A DNA stretch of 64,000 nucleotides from Malacoraja senta. Its lineage: Eukaryota. Both the position numbers and the translations under genes were made by a program. The stretch covers positions 62,001 to 126,000 of the forward strand of contig JAXLNO010000170.1 in NCBI GenBank assembly GCA_038087875.1. Direction: 5' to 3'. Under the pieces are notes generated by a model. The model did no database searches. It was given only the letters and a program-made list of their open reading frames with translations, and was not told the origin of the DNA. Shown here piece by piece: positions 1 to 13,062 of this stretch (positions are counted from its first letter, which is position 1; each line of letters opens with the position of its first letter).

Positions 1-754
1 TAGTGGCGCTCCTGCCTTAAGCTCCACCCCGTTGCCGTTAATAGAAAAGCACACACACGGAGATAGACACAAAGTGCTGGAGTAACTCAGCAGATCAGGC
101 AGCATTTCTGGAGAGAAGGAATAGGTGACCCAGCCAAATTAACCTGCAAACCTGTACGTCTTTGAGATGTGGGAGCATACCGGAGCACCCGGAGAAAACC
201 CACACGGTCACAGGGAGAACGAACAAACTTGGCACACAGACACACATAGCACCCGAGGGAGCCACGGAGTTACTCCAGCACTTTGTGTCTTTCTCCAGAG
301 ATGCTGCCTGAGCCGCTGAGTTACTCCAGTACTTCGTGTCTGTGTCTCCAGAGATGCTGCCTGAGCCGCTGAGTTACTCCAGCACTTTGTGTCTATCTGA
401 GTTTCCTTGTCGTCTAACAAGTACTATATACATGACTTTAAACGTTGAGGACAGTAAAAAAAAGACTCACTTGTTGGTGGATGCCCGGGTTTATAAAAGT
501 TGCTCAGATCATTTCTACTTATATAGTGGCTCTCCTGCCTTGAGCTCCATCCGCTGAGATACTCCAGCACTTTTGTGTCTACAGAGATGACAATTTCTGA
601 CACATAATCAGAATGATTCATTGAAGCATCGCCTACACACATACGCAGGCGTCCATTCTTCAGCCCACGTTTATCTTTGAATCGGTAGCTGGTTCAGTCT
701 TTGTTTCTATCGCTGCCCACAGGGTCGAAAGGTGTTAGGTTTAAGTTTACTTTG

Positions 755-1905
755 AGATTGACACAAAGTGCTGGAGTAACTCAGCGGGACAGATAGCATC
801 TCTGGAGAGAAGGAATGGGTGACTTCGGGTCGAGGCCCTTCTTCAGACTGAGAGTCAGGGGAGAGGGAAACGAGAGTCTGAATGGTGGCCGATTAGGAAA
901 AGGGGAGATGCAACGAGACCTGGGCATCATGGTACACCAGTCATTGAAAGTAGGCATGCAGGTGCAGCAGGCAGTGAAGAAAGCGAATGGTATGTTAGCA
1001 TTCATAGCAAAAGGATTTGAGTGTAGGAGCAGGGAGGTTCTACTGCAGTTGTACAGGGTCTTGGTGAGACCACACCTGGAGTATTGCATACAGTTTTGGT
1101 CTCCTAATCTGAGGAAAGACATTCTTGCCATAGAGGGAGTACAGAGAAGGTTCACCAGACTGATTCCTGGGATGTCAGGACTTTCATATGAAGAAAGACT
1201 GGATAGACTTGGCTTGTACTCGCTAGAATTTAGAAGATTGAGGGGGGATCTTATAGAAATGTACAAAATTCTTAAGGGGTTGGACAGGCTAGATGCAGGA
1301 AGATTGTTCCCGATGTTGGGGAAGTCCAGAACAAGGGGTCACAGTTTAAGGATAAGGGGGAAATCTTTTGGGACCGAGATGAGAAAAACATTTTTCACAC
1401 AGAGAGTGGTGAATCTGTGGAATTCTCTGCCACAGAAGGTAGTTGAGGCCAGTTCATTGGCTATATTTAAAAGGGAATTAGATGTGGCCCTCGTGGCTAA
1501 AGGGATCAGGGGGTATGGAGAGAAGGCAGGTACAGGACACTGAGTTGGATGATCAGCCATGATCATATTGAATGGCGGTGCAGGCTCGAAGGGCCGAATG
1601 GCCTACTCCTGCACCTATTTTCTATGTTTCTATGAGAGGGTAATGTAGAGAGGTATAGAACAAATGAATTAAAGATGTGCAAAAAAAGTAGTGATGATAA
1701 GGGAAACAGGCCATTGTTAGCTGTGGGCTAGGTGAAAATGAGTTACAGATAATGACTCAACAAGACGACTTTGAAGCTGGTACGACTTGAGTGGGAGAGG
1801 GATGGACAGAGAGGGAAAGCAAGGGTTACTTAAAGTTAGAGGTCAATATTCATACCGTTGGGGTGTAAGCTGCCCAAGTGAAATATGAGGTGCTGTTCCT
1901 CCAAT
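755..1905 (-). mobile_element. Penelope-derived non-autonomous repeat (3' end/pLTR-like part), interrupted by a CR1 fragment
   Basis: Matches the reverse complement of the Penelope 3' end at 26500-26860 (GCTGGAGTAACTCAGCGGG..GCAGCATCT; degenerate CTGAAGAAGGG..CCCGAA motif; TTCATACCGTTGGGGTGTAAGCTGCCCAAG). Many similar copies occur across the window. Confidence 0.75.
877..1633 (+). mobile_element. CR1 LINE, 5'-truncated (ORF2 C-terminus + 3'UTR)
   Basis: ORF 815-1543 has the CR1 C-terminal motifs [26 protein letters not shown] and FFTQRVVNLWNSLP; (TTCTATGT)n tail; near-identical to 20053-20798. Confidence 0.93.
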
Positions 1906-2001
1906 TTTAAACGCTACTACTGAACTTGGCAAATCATGAAGAATTCAGTGATCTGAATGTCTCGTCCATCACATGATTACCTGCGGTCTCCTAGCAATTG
2001 T

Positions 2002-2325
2002 GGGCGGCACGGTGACGCAGCGGTAGAGTTGCTGCCTCACAACGCCAGAGACCCGGGTTCAATCCTGGCCACCGGTGCTGTCTGTACCGAGTTTGCATGT
2101 TCTCCCCGTGACCCGCGTGGAGTTTCTCCGGGTGCTCCAGGTTCCTCCCACACTCCAACGTGGTACAGGTTTGTACGCTAATTGACTTCGGTAAAAATTT
2201 GTAAATTGTCCCTAGTGTAGTGGGGATCGCTAGTCGACATAGATATGTGGTGTTTCAGAAAGAATGGTCCCAACCCAAAACGTTATCCAAAGGGCCAGTT
2301 TCTGCGCCGTATCTCTAAACTAATG
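2002..2325 (+). mobile_element. tRNA-derived V-SINE (HE1-like)
   Basis: A-box-like GGTGACGCAGCGG, B-box GGTTCAATCC, V-domain-like GAGTTTGCATGTTCTCCCCGTG.., CR1-like tail TATCTCTAAACTAA. Other copies at about 130-250(-), 14025-14952(-), 21090-21275(-), 22730-23015(-), 27625-27870(+), 28950-29225(-), 30845-31362(-), 31860-32150(+), 49255-49563(-), 52495-52812(-). Confidence 0.85.
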
Positions 2326-2485
2326 TAGCGCGGAAACAGGCCGACCGAGTCCGCACTGACCAGCGATCCCCGCACACTAACAATATTCTACACACACTTG
2401 GGCAGGAGTCCCAACCTTTTTCGTCCCGTTTACCCCAGCAACTTTAATAACACATAGCAATGTGATTTCACTTATTTATGAACAA

Positions 2486-3120
2486 CTAATGGGGAAACGC
2501 GAGATATAGACAATGATGTAGAGAGATACAAATCAATGAATGAAAGATATGCAATATAGGAAACAGGCCATTGTTAGCTGTTTGCTGGGTCAGAATGAGA
2601 AGCTGGTGTGATCTGGGTGGGGGAGGGATGGAGCGAGAGGGAATGCAGGTGTTACTTGAAATTAGAGAAGTCAATGTTCATACCGCTGGGGTGTAAGCTA
2701 CCCAAGCAAAATATGAGTTGCTGTTCCTGCAATTTGTGTTGGTCCTCACCATGACAGTGGAGGAGGCCCAGGACAGAAAGGTCGGTGTGGGAATGGGAAG
2801 GAGAATTTCCCTTAGAAACCTTGCCCATCAGGAATGGATGACGTTTCAGGTCGAGACCCTTCTTCAGACTGAGAGTCCGGGGAGAGGGAGACACAGAGAT
2901 ATGGAAGCGTAAGATGTGAAAATGAGAGATCAAAGGGGACGAATCTCAAGGAAAATGTTGAATAGATCATTGTTAGCTAAGGGAAGGCATACAATGTAAA
3001 ATGTAATCAAAGGGACAGTCAGACTGGTCAGAGAACTGGGATGGGGGAGGGATGGAGAGAGAGGGAAAGCAAGGTTTACTTGAGGTTAGAAGTCAATATT
3101 CATACCGCTGGGTTATAAGA
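2486..3120 (-). mobile_element. Two decayed Penelope 3' fragments
   Basis: ORF 2652-2933(-) ends ..SHSHTDLSVLGLLHC..EQQLIFCLGSLHPSGMNIDFSNF, homologous to the C-terminus of the Penelope ORF at 25480-26649. Confidence 0.8.
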
Positions 3121-3214
3121 TGCCGCAGATAAACAAAAAATACTGCAGTAACTCGTCCGAAGTCATTACACTGTCCAGTCTAGTCTGTCTGGAAGATTCT
3201 CGACCTGATATTCA

Positions 3215-4010
3215 TTGGAATTCATTGCCACAGAAGGCCGTGGAGGCCAAGTCAGTGGATATCTTTAATGCAGAGATAGATAGATTCTTCATAAGTATGG
3301 GTGTGAGGGGATATGGGGAGAAGGCAGGAGAATGGGGTTAGGAGGGAGAGATAGATCAACCATGATTGAATGGCGGAGTAGACTTGATTGGCCGAATGGC
3401 CTCATTCTGCTCCTAACACTTATGAACTTATGAAACTTGGTATAAGTGTAAATTGTCCCTCGTATGTGTAGGATAGAGTTAGTGTGCGGGAATAGAAACA
3501 GAAACATAGAAAGCAGGTGCTGGAGTAGGCCATTCGACCCTTCGAGCCAGCACTGCCATTCAATATGATCATGGCTGATCATCCAGAATCAATATCCTGT
3601 TCCTGCTTTTTCTCCAGATCCCTTGATTCCATTAGCCTGAAGAGCTGTATCTAACACTCTTGAATGCATCCAGTGAGCTGCAAAAAACGATATAGTTATT
3701 GAACTATATCTGTTATTTATTGAACTTTTTCTTTTTTTTTCCTCTTCTCCCATTATGTATTATGTTTACATATTTACATATTTTGTTGTGCTGCAGCAAG
3801 TAATAATTTCATTGTCCCATCTGGGACGTATGGCAATAAAACACTCTTGACGCTTGAATTGGTCTCCACTGCCTTCTGTGGCAGAGAATTCCACAGATTC
3901 ACAACTCTCTGGGTGAAAAAGTTTCTCCTCATTTCAGTCATAAATGGCCGACCCCTTATTCTTAAATGTGACCCCGTGTTCTGGACTTCCCCAACATCAG
4001 GAACATTCTG
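3215..4010. mobile_element. Cluster of short CR1 3' fragments in both orientations
   Basis: WNSLPQKAVEA..GVRGYGEKAG on +; reverse-complemented CR1 3'UTR at about 3495-4005. Confidence 0.75.
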
Positions 4011-4973
4011 CTCCGAATACTTATGAACTAATGAAACATCATCTATTCTTTTTCTCCTGAGATGATGCCTGATCCACTGAGTTACTCAAACATTTTGTGT
4101 CTATCTTTGGTATAAACCAGCACCTGCAGTTCTTTCTTTCTGCAAATTAACCCTTTGTGAATACTGCACCAGCATTCTCGAGTCGCTTTGCACCTCCAAT
4201 TTCTGATTCCTCTTCCTATTTATCAAATAATCTACGCCTTGATTCTTTCTACTAAAGTTCGTGACCAAACCTAGAGTCATAGAGTGATAGTGAGGAAACA
4301 GACCCTTTGGCCCATCTTGCCCATACCGGCCAACATGTCCCAGCTACACTAGTCCCACCTGCCTGTGTTTGGCCCATATCCCTCCAAATCAAATAGAGGA
4401 ATCAAGGACCAGAGGACATAGGATTAAGGTGAAGGGGAAAAGATTTAATAGGAATCTAAGGGGTAACTTTTTCACACAATGGGTGGTGGTTGTATGGATT
4501 TGTTCTGGCCTTTCCTGGACATGAGCTTATCCCCCTCCCCCCCCCCCCCTCCACCCACCCCCCATCTCTATCTTTCAGTCTGAAGATGGGTCTCGACCCA
4601 AAACGTCAACAATTCCTTCTCTCCAGAGATACTGCCTGACCCGTTGAGTTACCCCAGCATTTTGTGTCTATCTTCGATGTAAACCAGCATCTGCAGTTCC
4701 GTCAGACACATTAAGAGAGTTATAGAGCATCACAGTATGTAAACAGGCCCTTCGGCCCAACTTGCCCACATCGGCCAACATGTCCCATCTACACTAGTTC
4801 CACCTGACAGCATTTGGTCCATATCTCTCCAAACCTATCCTATCTATGTACCTGTCTAACTGCTTCTTAAACTTTCTCAACTACCTCCTCTGACAGCTTG
4901 TTCCATACACCCACCACCATTTGTGTGAAACAGTTATCCTTCAGATTCCTATTAAATCTTTTCCCCTTCGCCT

Positions 4974-5756
4974 CCGGAAGTGGCGGCGCTGCCCAAGCAG
5001 CTGCGGCTCGCCTGCAGTCCGTCTGTCTTTTTCTTTTTTTTTTCTTTTGTCTTGTTTGACGTATGTTTTAGTTTATTTTTAGTTGTGTATGTGTGGGCGG
5101 GCGGGGGAAACTTGTTTTAGTCTCTTCCTTCGGGGGATGCGACCTTTTCGTTGTCGTATCCCCCGTCTCAGTCTCCGTCTGCTTTGAGGCCTAATCGCAG
5201 AGCTGGCGACCTCCAACTGGGGCCAACCTCGAGATTCACCATCGCGAAGCTGGCCAAATTCGGGGCAGTGGTGGCTCTGCGGCGGCGGCCCGACTTTGGA
5301 GCCTCGGAGGCTTCGGCCGCGGGCCCAGTGGACAACAACATCGGGAGCTCGCAGTTCCCAGGTTGGTGACCGATTCTCGGGAGCTCCCGCAACAACAGCT
5401 TCGTCCGCTGGACTGGAGGGTGGCAGGTTCGTCTGCCCCAGGCCGCGGAGTTTGAACCGGCCCGTTCGCGGAGCTCGGATTCGGCCGCGGGACTTACCAT
5501 CACCCAGCGGGGGGCCAAACATTGAAAGCCTGGATCGCCTCAACGCAGAGGGAGAATAAGCAAGGAAGAGACAAGGACTTTAAGACTTTTGCCTTCCATT
5601 ATAGTGAGGAGGTGCCTGGTAGACTCACTGTGGTGGATGTTAAACTGTGTTCATTGTGTGAACTGTTATAATTTATTCTCTGTCATGACTGCAAGGTACG
5701 TAATTTCATTCAAACTAAAAGTTTGAATAACAATAAAGGATACTTTACTTTACTTT
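4974..5756 (+). mobile_element. GC-rich non-coding retroposon (SINE-like) inserted in an antisense CR1 fragment
   Basis: Begins CCGGAAGTGGCGGCG and ends AATAAAGG(TACTT)n; shares its core and 3' end with 13478-13945(-), 24660-24862(+) and 51545-52170(-). Confidence 0.65.
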
Positions 5757-6364
5757 AAACCTATGTCGTCTGGTCCTCGATTAACCAAGAGACTCTGTGC
5801 ATCTACCTGATCTATTCCTCTCATGATTTTGTACACCTCTATAAGATCACCCCGCATCCTCCTGTGCACCAAGGAATAGAGACCCAGCCTGCTCAACCTC
5901 TCCCTATAGCTCACACCCTATAGTAATCGCAACATCCTCGTCATCTTCTCTGAACCCTTTCCAGATTGACAACATCTTTCCTGTAACACGGTGCCCAGAA
6001 CTGAACACAATACTCTAAATGCGGTCTCACCCACGTGTTATACAACTGCAACATGACCTCACAATTTCTATACTCAATGCTCTAGCTGATGAAGGTCAAT
6101 GTGCCAAATTGTGGGGTAATATAACTGTGCTAGTTTTATCACGGGGTGAATTCCCGAGCTGAAAGGCTTCAGGGCACCTGGGAAGTTCCAATACAAGTGA
6201 CTACCTCTAAAACCACTGGAGATAACCTTTACATTTGACTTTCGTGTTGATTCGATGCCCTGCTACGCAAGGCTGTTACTTTGCCGGTTTCTTCTCCAGA
6301 GGGACGTGGCTGTTTTTGCGGTGAGTTTTTGTGTAGCGCCTTCCTGATCTTTGGGCACCTCTTA

Positions 6365-6740
6365 CAGGGGAGAGGATGGAGGGGGGAGAGGGAGAGGGGG
6401 AGAGGGTGGAAAGGAGAGAGGGTGGAGGGGGAGAGAGGGAGAGGGGGAGAGAGGGAGATGGGGAGAGGGTGGAAAGGAGAGAGGGTGGAGGGGAGAGGGT
6501 GGAGGGGGAAAGGCGAGGGGAGAGATAGAGGGGAGAGGAGAGGGTGGAGGTGGAGAGGAGTTGGAGGAGGAGAGGGGGACAGAGGGATGGGGACAGGGGA
6601 GGGGGCGAGGGGCTGTGGAAGGGGAGAGAGGGTGGTGGGGAGAGAGGGGCGGTGGAGAGGGGGAGAGGGTGGAGGGTGAGAGAGAAGGGGGAGATAGGGC
6701 AGAAGAAGGGAGGAGGGGGAGAGGATGGAGTGGGAGAAAG
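6365..6740 (+). repeat. Purine-rich (G/A) low-complexity tract
   Basis: Almost exclusively G and A; the overlapping ORFs are Gly/Arg/Glu artefacts. Confidence 0.95.
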
Positions 6741-6987
6741 GCCTTAAACATACCCATTGCCTTGGCCTTCACAGCCGTCTGTGGTGATGTTTCTGTGCTG
6801 TAATTCTCAAAGCCCTGAGAATACTTCAGTCAGCGTCTCAAACTGGTACAAGATCGTGTAAAGTCATTCCACCTTTGACAAGTTAGAGTAATTCAGCACA
6901 GAAACAGGCCCTTTGGCCCACTGAATCCATGCCGGCACTCAGCTTCCATCTCAGCACTAATTCTATGCTAATCCCATTATTATCACA

Positions 6988-7066
6988 GGCTTTAAGAGGC
7001 TTTAAGATGTTTTAAGATACTTTAAGAGGTGTTAAGAGACTTTAAGAGGTTTTAAGAGGCTTTAAG
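6988..7066. repeat. (TTTAAGAGGC)n minisatellite, left part (continues at 13063-13380)
   Basis: Degenerate 10-bp unit on both sides of the L1 block. Confidence 0.9.
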
Positions 7067-7141
7067 ACATCCGAAAATTCAGGGATATAATACTAGGGTC
7101 GCAAATAATAAAATGTCATTATATGCAGACGATATACTTCT

Positions 7142-7515
7142 TTTTTAAAAAATTTTTATTTATTAGAAGTACATTACATTACAACCGCATACATTAGTAC
7201 TCGTCATTTATATCTTCTTACAATTAATGTACTCCATTTATTTTTTACACTAGAAAAGGAAAAGATTGAAAGAAAGAAGAAAGTGAAGGAAAAAGTGAAA
7301 GTGTAGAAAATGTGACAACAAAAAAGGACGAAGACCCTATAAGAGCAAAATTAAAAACAAAAGAAAAAGAGTTAAGAAATAGACCCTAGGAAAGAAAGAG
7401 AAAGAGGAAAAAGAGAGAAACAAATATTTTTATGAGCATTACGTAAATGGGACATACCAACTCTTCAACTATCATCCCCCCTTACCTGACCTCAATTTTT
7501 TTTTTTAAAGTACTT
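7142..7515 (-). mobile_element. Antisense L1 3'UTR fragment (same family as the inner L1)
   Basis: Reverse complement of about 11663-12035; poly(T) at 7141; 16-bp TSD CAGACGATATACTTCT at 7126-7141 and 7516-7531. Confidence 0.9.
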
Positions 7516-8266
7516 CAGACGATATACTTCTATACATTACAAATTCACAAACGAGCATACCAAACTTATTAAATTTAATAGAGGAATTCGGTTTTTTTTC
7601 TGGATATAGAATAAATTGGAATAAAAGTTAAATCATGATGTTAAAACCTCAAGAATCTACACACCTATTAAAATTCCCCTTTAAAATTGCAACAGAAAAA
7701 TTTAAGTATTTGGGTGTTCAAATTACTAGAAAATACAAAGCATTATTTAATGCTAATTTTATGCCTTTATTAAATAAACTCAACGCGTTGATTAAATTGT
7801 GGAAAACACTTCCGTTATCATTAATAGGCAGAATAAACGCTATAAAAATGATCTTTTTACCACAAATATTATACCTATTTCAATCTATACCATCATATAT
7901 ACCAAAAAACGTTTTCAAAAAACTAGACTCTAATATTACCAATTTTATTTGGGACTATAGATCACACAGAATTCAAAGAAAACACTTGTGCAAACCAAAA
8001 GACGTTGGGGGACTTTCACTTCCGAACTTTTTGTATTATTATTGGGCAGTGCATATTAAGAATATAATTTATTGGTTGGACAGTTCTACCCAACAGACAG
8101 AATGGATAAGAATGGAGAAAGAGGATTGTTCTCCTTGTAACATAGGAGCGATCCTCTTCTCCCCGATAAAACTGAACAACACAATATATAAGAATAACCC
8201 AATTATACATGATACAATAAGAATTTGGAAACAAACAAAATTATCTTTAATTTTAAGAAACCTATC

Positions 8267-11200
8267 TCGTTAACCCCTTCAACCAACAGTTGACTATTAC
8301 TGAAGTCAAAAGTATCTGTCTAATAATTAGTAGCTAAAATTGCGATATATACATGATATGTTATAATGAAATATATAGGGTAAAATTGTATTATATATCT
8401 GAATGTGAGGCCCCGTTTTAATATTTTAATATGTTATGATTAACCAAGAGAGCGGAGCTATTTGTTTAACATCACAATGGAAGTCGAAACAAGGTTTTTT
8501 CCCGCTACAGTGCCGACTATATTAGACACTGTATTTTCACTTTTTTCGTTTTTTTTTTATTACCACATAAACTCACATGTTTGTGTTTTGTGTTTAGTGA
8601 TAAGAGTAAAATGGATATACCAACAAAATTTAGAAATTCAAAAGTTCCCCCAATACCCAAAGACCTGGGATATGGATGCACCACAAGATTTAAAGGTACT
8701 ATAATTATTCAAAATGCAAGATGCTAAACAAAAGAACCTAGGAGGAATCTTATTCTGTAGTTGTAATATAAGAGGTATTAACGAACCTATTAAAAGGGGT
8801 AAGATACTAGCTCAGCTGAAACTGAAACAAAGACAGTTAGAAGAACTTATTAGACAAATGGATATAGATAATGCTAAAGATCCATCAATAGATAAACATA
8901 ATAAAAATAATAATTTTGAAATTTAAATTAAATAAATTATTATCAGCCAAACTTATAAGACTTTTTCAAATTACAAAACAAGAGCACTTTGAATTTGGGG
9001 ATAAACCGCATAAACATTTGGCTCGCCAGTTAAAAAAATGAGAAAAAGAACATACTATCCCAAAGATTAAATCAGATAAAGGGGAATTATTAACCACACC
9101 GAAGGATATTAATAAAAGATTTGCGCAATTTTATGAGAATTTGTATACATCTAAAACGACAATTGATTCCAATAAAATCACAGAGTTTTTGGATAATTGT
9201 AATCTTCCAAAGTTAGAGTTGAAGGAACAAGAGGAATTGGGTGCACAAATCTCAATCAAGGAATTAGAAGATACAATAAACTCATTAAAGAATGGAAAAA
9301 CACCCGGTCCGGATGGATTTACTAATGAATTTTATAAAAACTTCTATGATAAAATTATACCAAGATTACAAAAAATGTACCAATATGCTTTTACAAAACA
9401 AATACCAACTGATACATTAGCGGAATCAACGATTACACTAATACTTAAGAAAGACAAAGATTTAGAAGAACCGGCTTCATATAGAGCTATAGCATTGTTA
9501 AACACAGATCAAAAAATATTAGCGAAAACATTAGCTAGAAGATTAAGTAAATATATTAGTAAATTAATAAACCCAGATCAGACGGGGTTTATCCCTAAGA
9601 GATACTCATCTAACAATATGAGACGTTTACTCAACATAATGCACTCACACAAATCTGAAGAACAAGAATTATCAATTATCTCGCTGGATGCTGAAAAAGC
9701 ATTTGACCAAGTAGAATGGAATTATATGGATAAAGTATTACAAAAATTCCAACTGGGAAAGAATTTTATTCTATGGATTAAATTATTATATAATAAACCT
9801 ACAGCTAGAATATTAACTGATAACATATTATCCTCGAAATTCCAACTATCAAGGGGAAACAGACAAGGATGCTCATTATCACCACAGTTGTTTGCTCTTA
9901 TTATTGAACCGCTAGCAGAAAAAATTAGAATACACCCTGATATCCATGGGTATAATACTAAAGATTCAAATAATAAAATATCTTTATATGCGGATGACAT
10001 ATTACTGTACATTACAAAACCTCAAATCACTATACCAAATATATTAAATTTAATTGAAGACTTTGGATCTTTTTCTGGATACAGAATAAATTGGAATAAA
10101 AGTGAAATTATGTCAATAAAACCGAAAGATTCAACACATCTTTTAAAATTCCCTTTTAAAATAGCTACAGAAAAATTTAAATACTTGGGAATCGAAATTA
10201 CTAGAACATATCAAGGTATGTTTAAAGCAAATTTTGATCCCCTACTTAATAAATTAAACACACTAATTAAATTTTGGAAAACGCTCCCGATGTCTTTAAT
10301 AGGTCGAATAAATGCAATAAAAATGATCTTTCTACCACAAATTTTATACCTATTTCAATCGATTCCAATATACTTACCAAAGAAGTTTTTTTTTAAACTG
10401 GACTCAGATATCACTAATTTTATATGGGACTATAAATCACATGGAATACAAAAAACTCACTTGAATAAACCTAAAGTATTAGGGGGTTTAGCACTACCTA
10501 ATTTCATGTATTACTATTGGTCAGTAAATATTAAAAATATGATTCAACTGATGGATAACTCTGCCCAGCAAGTGGACTGGATTGTAATGGAGAAAGAGGA
10601 TTGCTCCTCTGGAAACATTGGAGCGATCCTCCTCTCACCAATGAAACTGAATAATATAAATTATAATAAGAACCCAATTATACATAGCACAATCCGAATT
10701 TGGAAACAAATAAAACAAAATTTAAAATTAAGAAATGTATCACTTTTATCTCCCATAGTTAATAACCCTTCGTTTAATCCCTCTACTATAGATAAATCTT
10801 TCACACATTGGGATAGACTAGGAATTAAAACGTTCGGTGACTTATATGAAACTGGAAAATTACTTTCATTTCAACAATTACAAATAAAATATAAACTCGG
10901 AAATAATCAATATTTTAAATATTTTCAAATATGTGACTATTTGAAAAAATATATAAAAGATCATTATAATAGCCCAGCAGATGTATTGGATGATGCAATG
11001 CAGATAAAAGCTGAATCAGCAAACTTAATATCATATTTGTATAATATTATCTTAAATGTAGAAATACCATCTACGGAGGGTATCAGAAGAGACTGGGAAC
11101 AAGAGTTAGCTATTAAAATTTCAAAGGAAAGGTGGAATGAACACTTATTAAACGTGCATAAATGTTCGATTAATGTAAGACACACTTTAATACAATTTAA

Positions 11201-12053
11201 AATTTTACATAGATTATATTATTCCAAAACTAAAATCCATAAAATTTTCCCAAATGTATCATCCATTTGTGATAAATGTCAATCCCAAGAAGCTACTATA
11301 GCGCACTCATTTGTTTTCTGTACAAAAATTCAAAAATTTTGGATTGAAATTTTCGAAATCTTTACAAAATTATTTAAAATAAAACTGATACAAAAGCAGA
11401 ATGGATTATCTTCGGAATAACGGAAGATGGTCCAGAACTAAATGTGTTTCAAAAGAAACTAATAGACTACAGGTTAATAACCGGAAAAAAGCTAATCCTA
11501 AAATTTTGGAAGAAGGCTCCAATACCAACTATAAACATGTGGATTTCAAATATGTTCGAAACATTACAACTAGAAGAGATAAGACTCCTCCTAGCAGGTA
11601 AACCAGATCACTTCCACCTGACGGGGTCTGTATTTGTAGAATTATTACAAAAATAGGGTGCAAAGGTACTTAAAAAAAAACTGAGGTCAGGTAAGGGGGG
11701 ATGAAAGTTGGAGAGTTGGTATGTCCTATTTGCGTAATGCTCATAAAAACTATTTGTTTTTCTCTTTTCCCTCTTTCTCTTTCTCCTTTTCTAGGGTCTA
11801 TTTCTTAACTCTTTTTCTTTGTTTTTAATTTTGTTCTTATAGGATCTTCGTTCTTTCTTGTTGTCACATTTTCTACACTTTCACTTTTTCCTTCACTTTC
11901 TTCTTTCTCTCAATCTCATCCTTTCCCTTTTCTAGTGTAAAAAAGAAACGGAGTACATTAATTGTAAGAAGATATACGTGACGAGTACTAATGTATGTGG
12001 TTGTAATGTAATGTACTTCTAATAAATTAAAAAAAAAATAATAATAATAATAA
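8267..12053 (+). mobile_element. L1-clade LINE (inner), ORF2 with most of the APE domain deleted
   Basis: 14-bp TSD TTAAGAAACCTATC at 8253-8266 and 12054-12067; A/(AAT)n tail; APE start (CNIRGINEPIKR) joined directly to the linker region at about 8820. Confidence 0.9.
9141..11420 (+). pseudogene. L1 ORF2 remnant: reverse transcriptase + C-terminal CCHC
   Basis: GKTPGPDGF, DAEKAFD, RGNRQGCSLSP, LYADD, CDKC..H...C; upstream stop and terminal frameshift (continues in 11444-11656). Confidence 0.9.
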
Positions 12054-13062
12054 TTAAGAAACCTATCATTGTTAATGCCAATAGTGAATAATCCTTCATT
12101 TAAACCATCTCTTATTGATAAAACATATAATCAATGGGAAAGAATGGGAATTAAAAGGATCGGTGATATGTATGAAATGGGAAATCTGTTATCATTCCAA
12201 CAATTACAATTAAAATTTATACTGAAAAATAACCAATATTTTATATATCTTCAGATCTGCGACTTCATGAAGAAATACATACAAAGATATCAAAACATAA
12301 CTTTAGACCCATTGGAAGAAGCAATGAATATTAAGGCTGACTCACAGAAATTAATATCATACTTATATAATAGTATTTTAAATATAGAATTACCATCGAC
12401 AGAGGCACTTAGAGAAGAGTGGGAACGAGAATTAATGATAAAAATCATGAAGGAAACATGGGAAAAGTATTTGATATATATACACAAATGTTCGATTAAT
12501 GTAAGACATAATTTAATTCAATTTAAAATTTTACATAGATTATATTATTCAAAAACTAGATTGAATAAATTCTATCCAAATACTTCCCCCATTTGTGATA
12601 AATGTGATAATTTGGAAAAATACACCCATACCAACGCTTAAAATGTGGATTTCAAACATGTTGGACACCGCACATCTTGAGGAAATGCGATTCCTCCTAA
12701 TAGATAAATCAGACCAATTCTTAACGAGTTGGTCTCCATTTGTCGATTTTTTGGAAGCATATGGTGCAACAAAATCACAGAAGCTAACTGTTTCAGGACT
12801 GGGTGAGGGATGGTCAAGAATATAAATAACTATCTCCTTAATCTCTTACTTTCTACTCTTTCTCTTTCTATCTTCTTTTCTTCACTTTTCTTCTTTCACC
12901 CTTTTTTCCTTTTCACACACTGTATATCACATGTTTTTCTATCTTTTATTATCTATTCTCTCTTTTTCTTTTTCATTATTAAAAAAAAAAAATAAGAAGC
13001 TGTACATAAAATGTAACATGTCAATATATATTAGGCACCTTGGTTCTAATAAAATAAAAAAA

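Larger units (their letters stand above)
7067..13062 (+). mobile_element. L1-clade LINE (outer, 5'-truncated), split by two later L1 insertions
   Basis: Starts in the RT (HPKIQGYN..KMSLYADD); ORFs 7635-8273 and 12069-12641 are contiguous ORF2 pieces; AATAAA plus A-tail at about 13048-13063. Confidence 0.88.

Noticed and set aside
1..557. Short duplicated segment (1-30 vs 524-553) and ORF 336-557
   Set aside because: Too short and at the window edge; no splice or homology support.
2002..2075. tRNA gene
   Set aside because: tRNA-like head of a V-SINE; continues into the SINE body and lacks a proper acceptor stem.
6281..6803. Gly/Arg/Glu- and Pro/Ser-rich ORFs (also 27611-28404)
   Set aside because: Translations of G/A and C/T low-complexity tracts.
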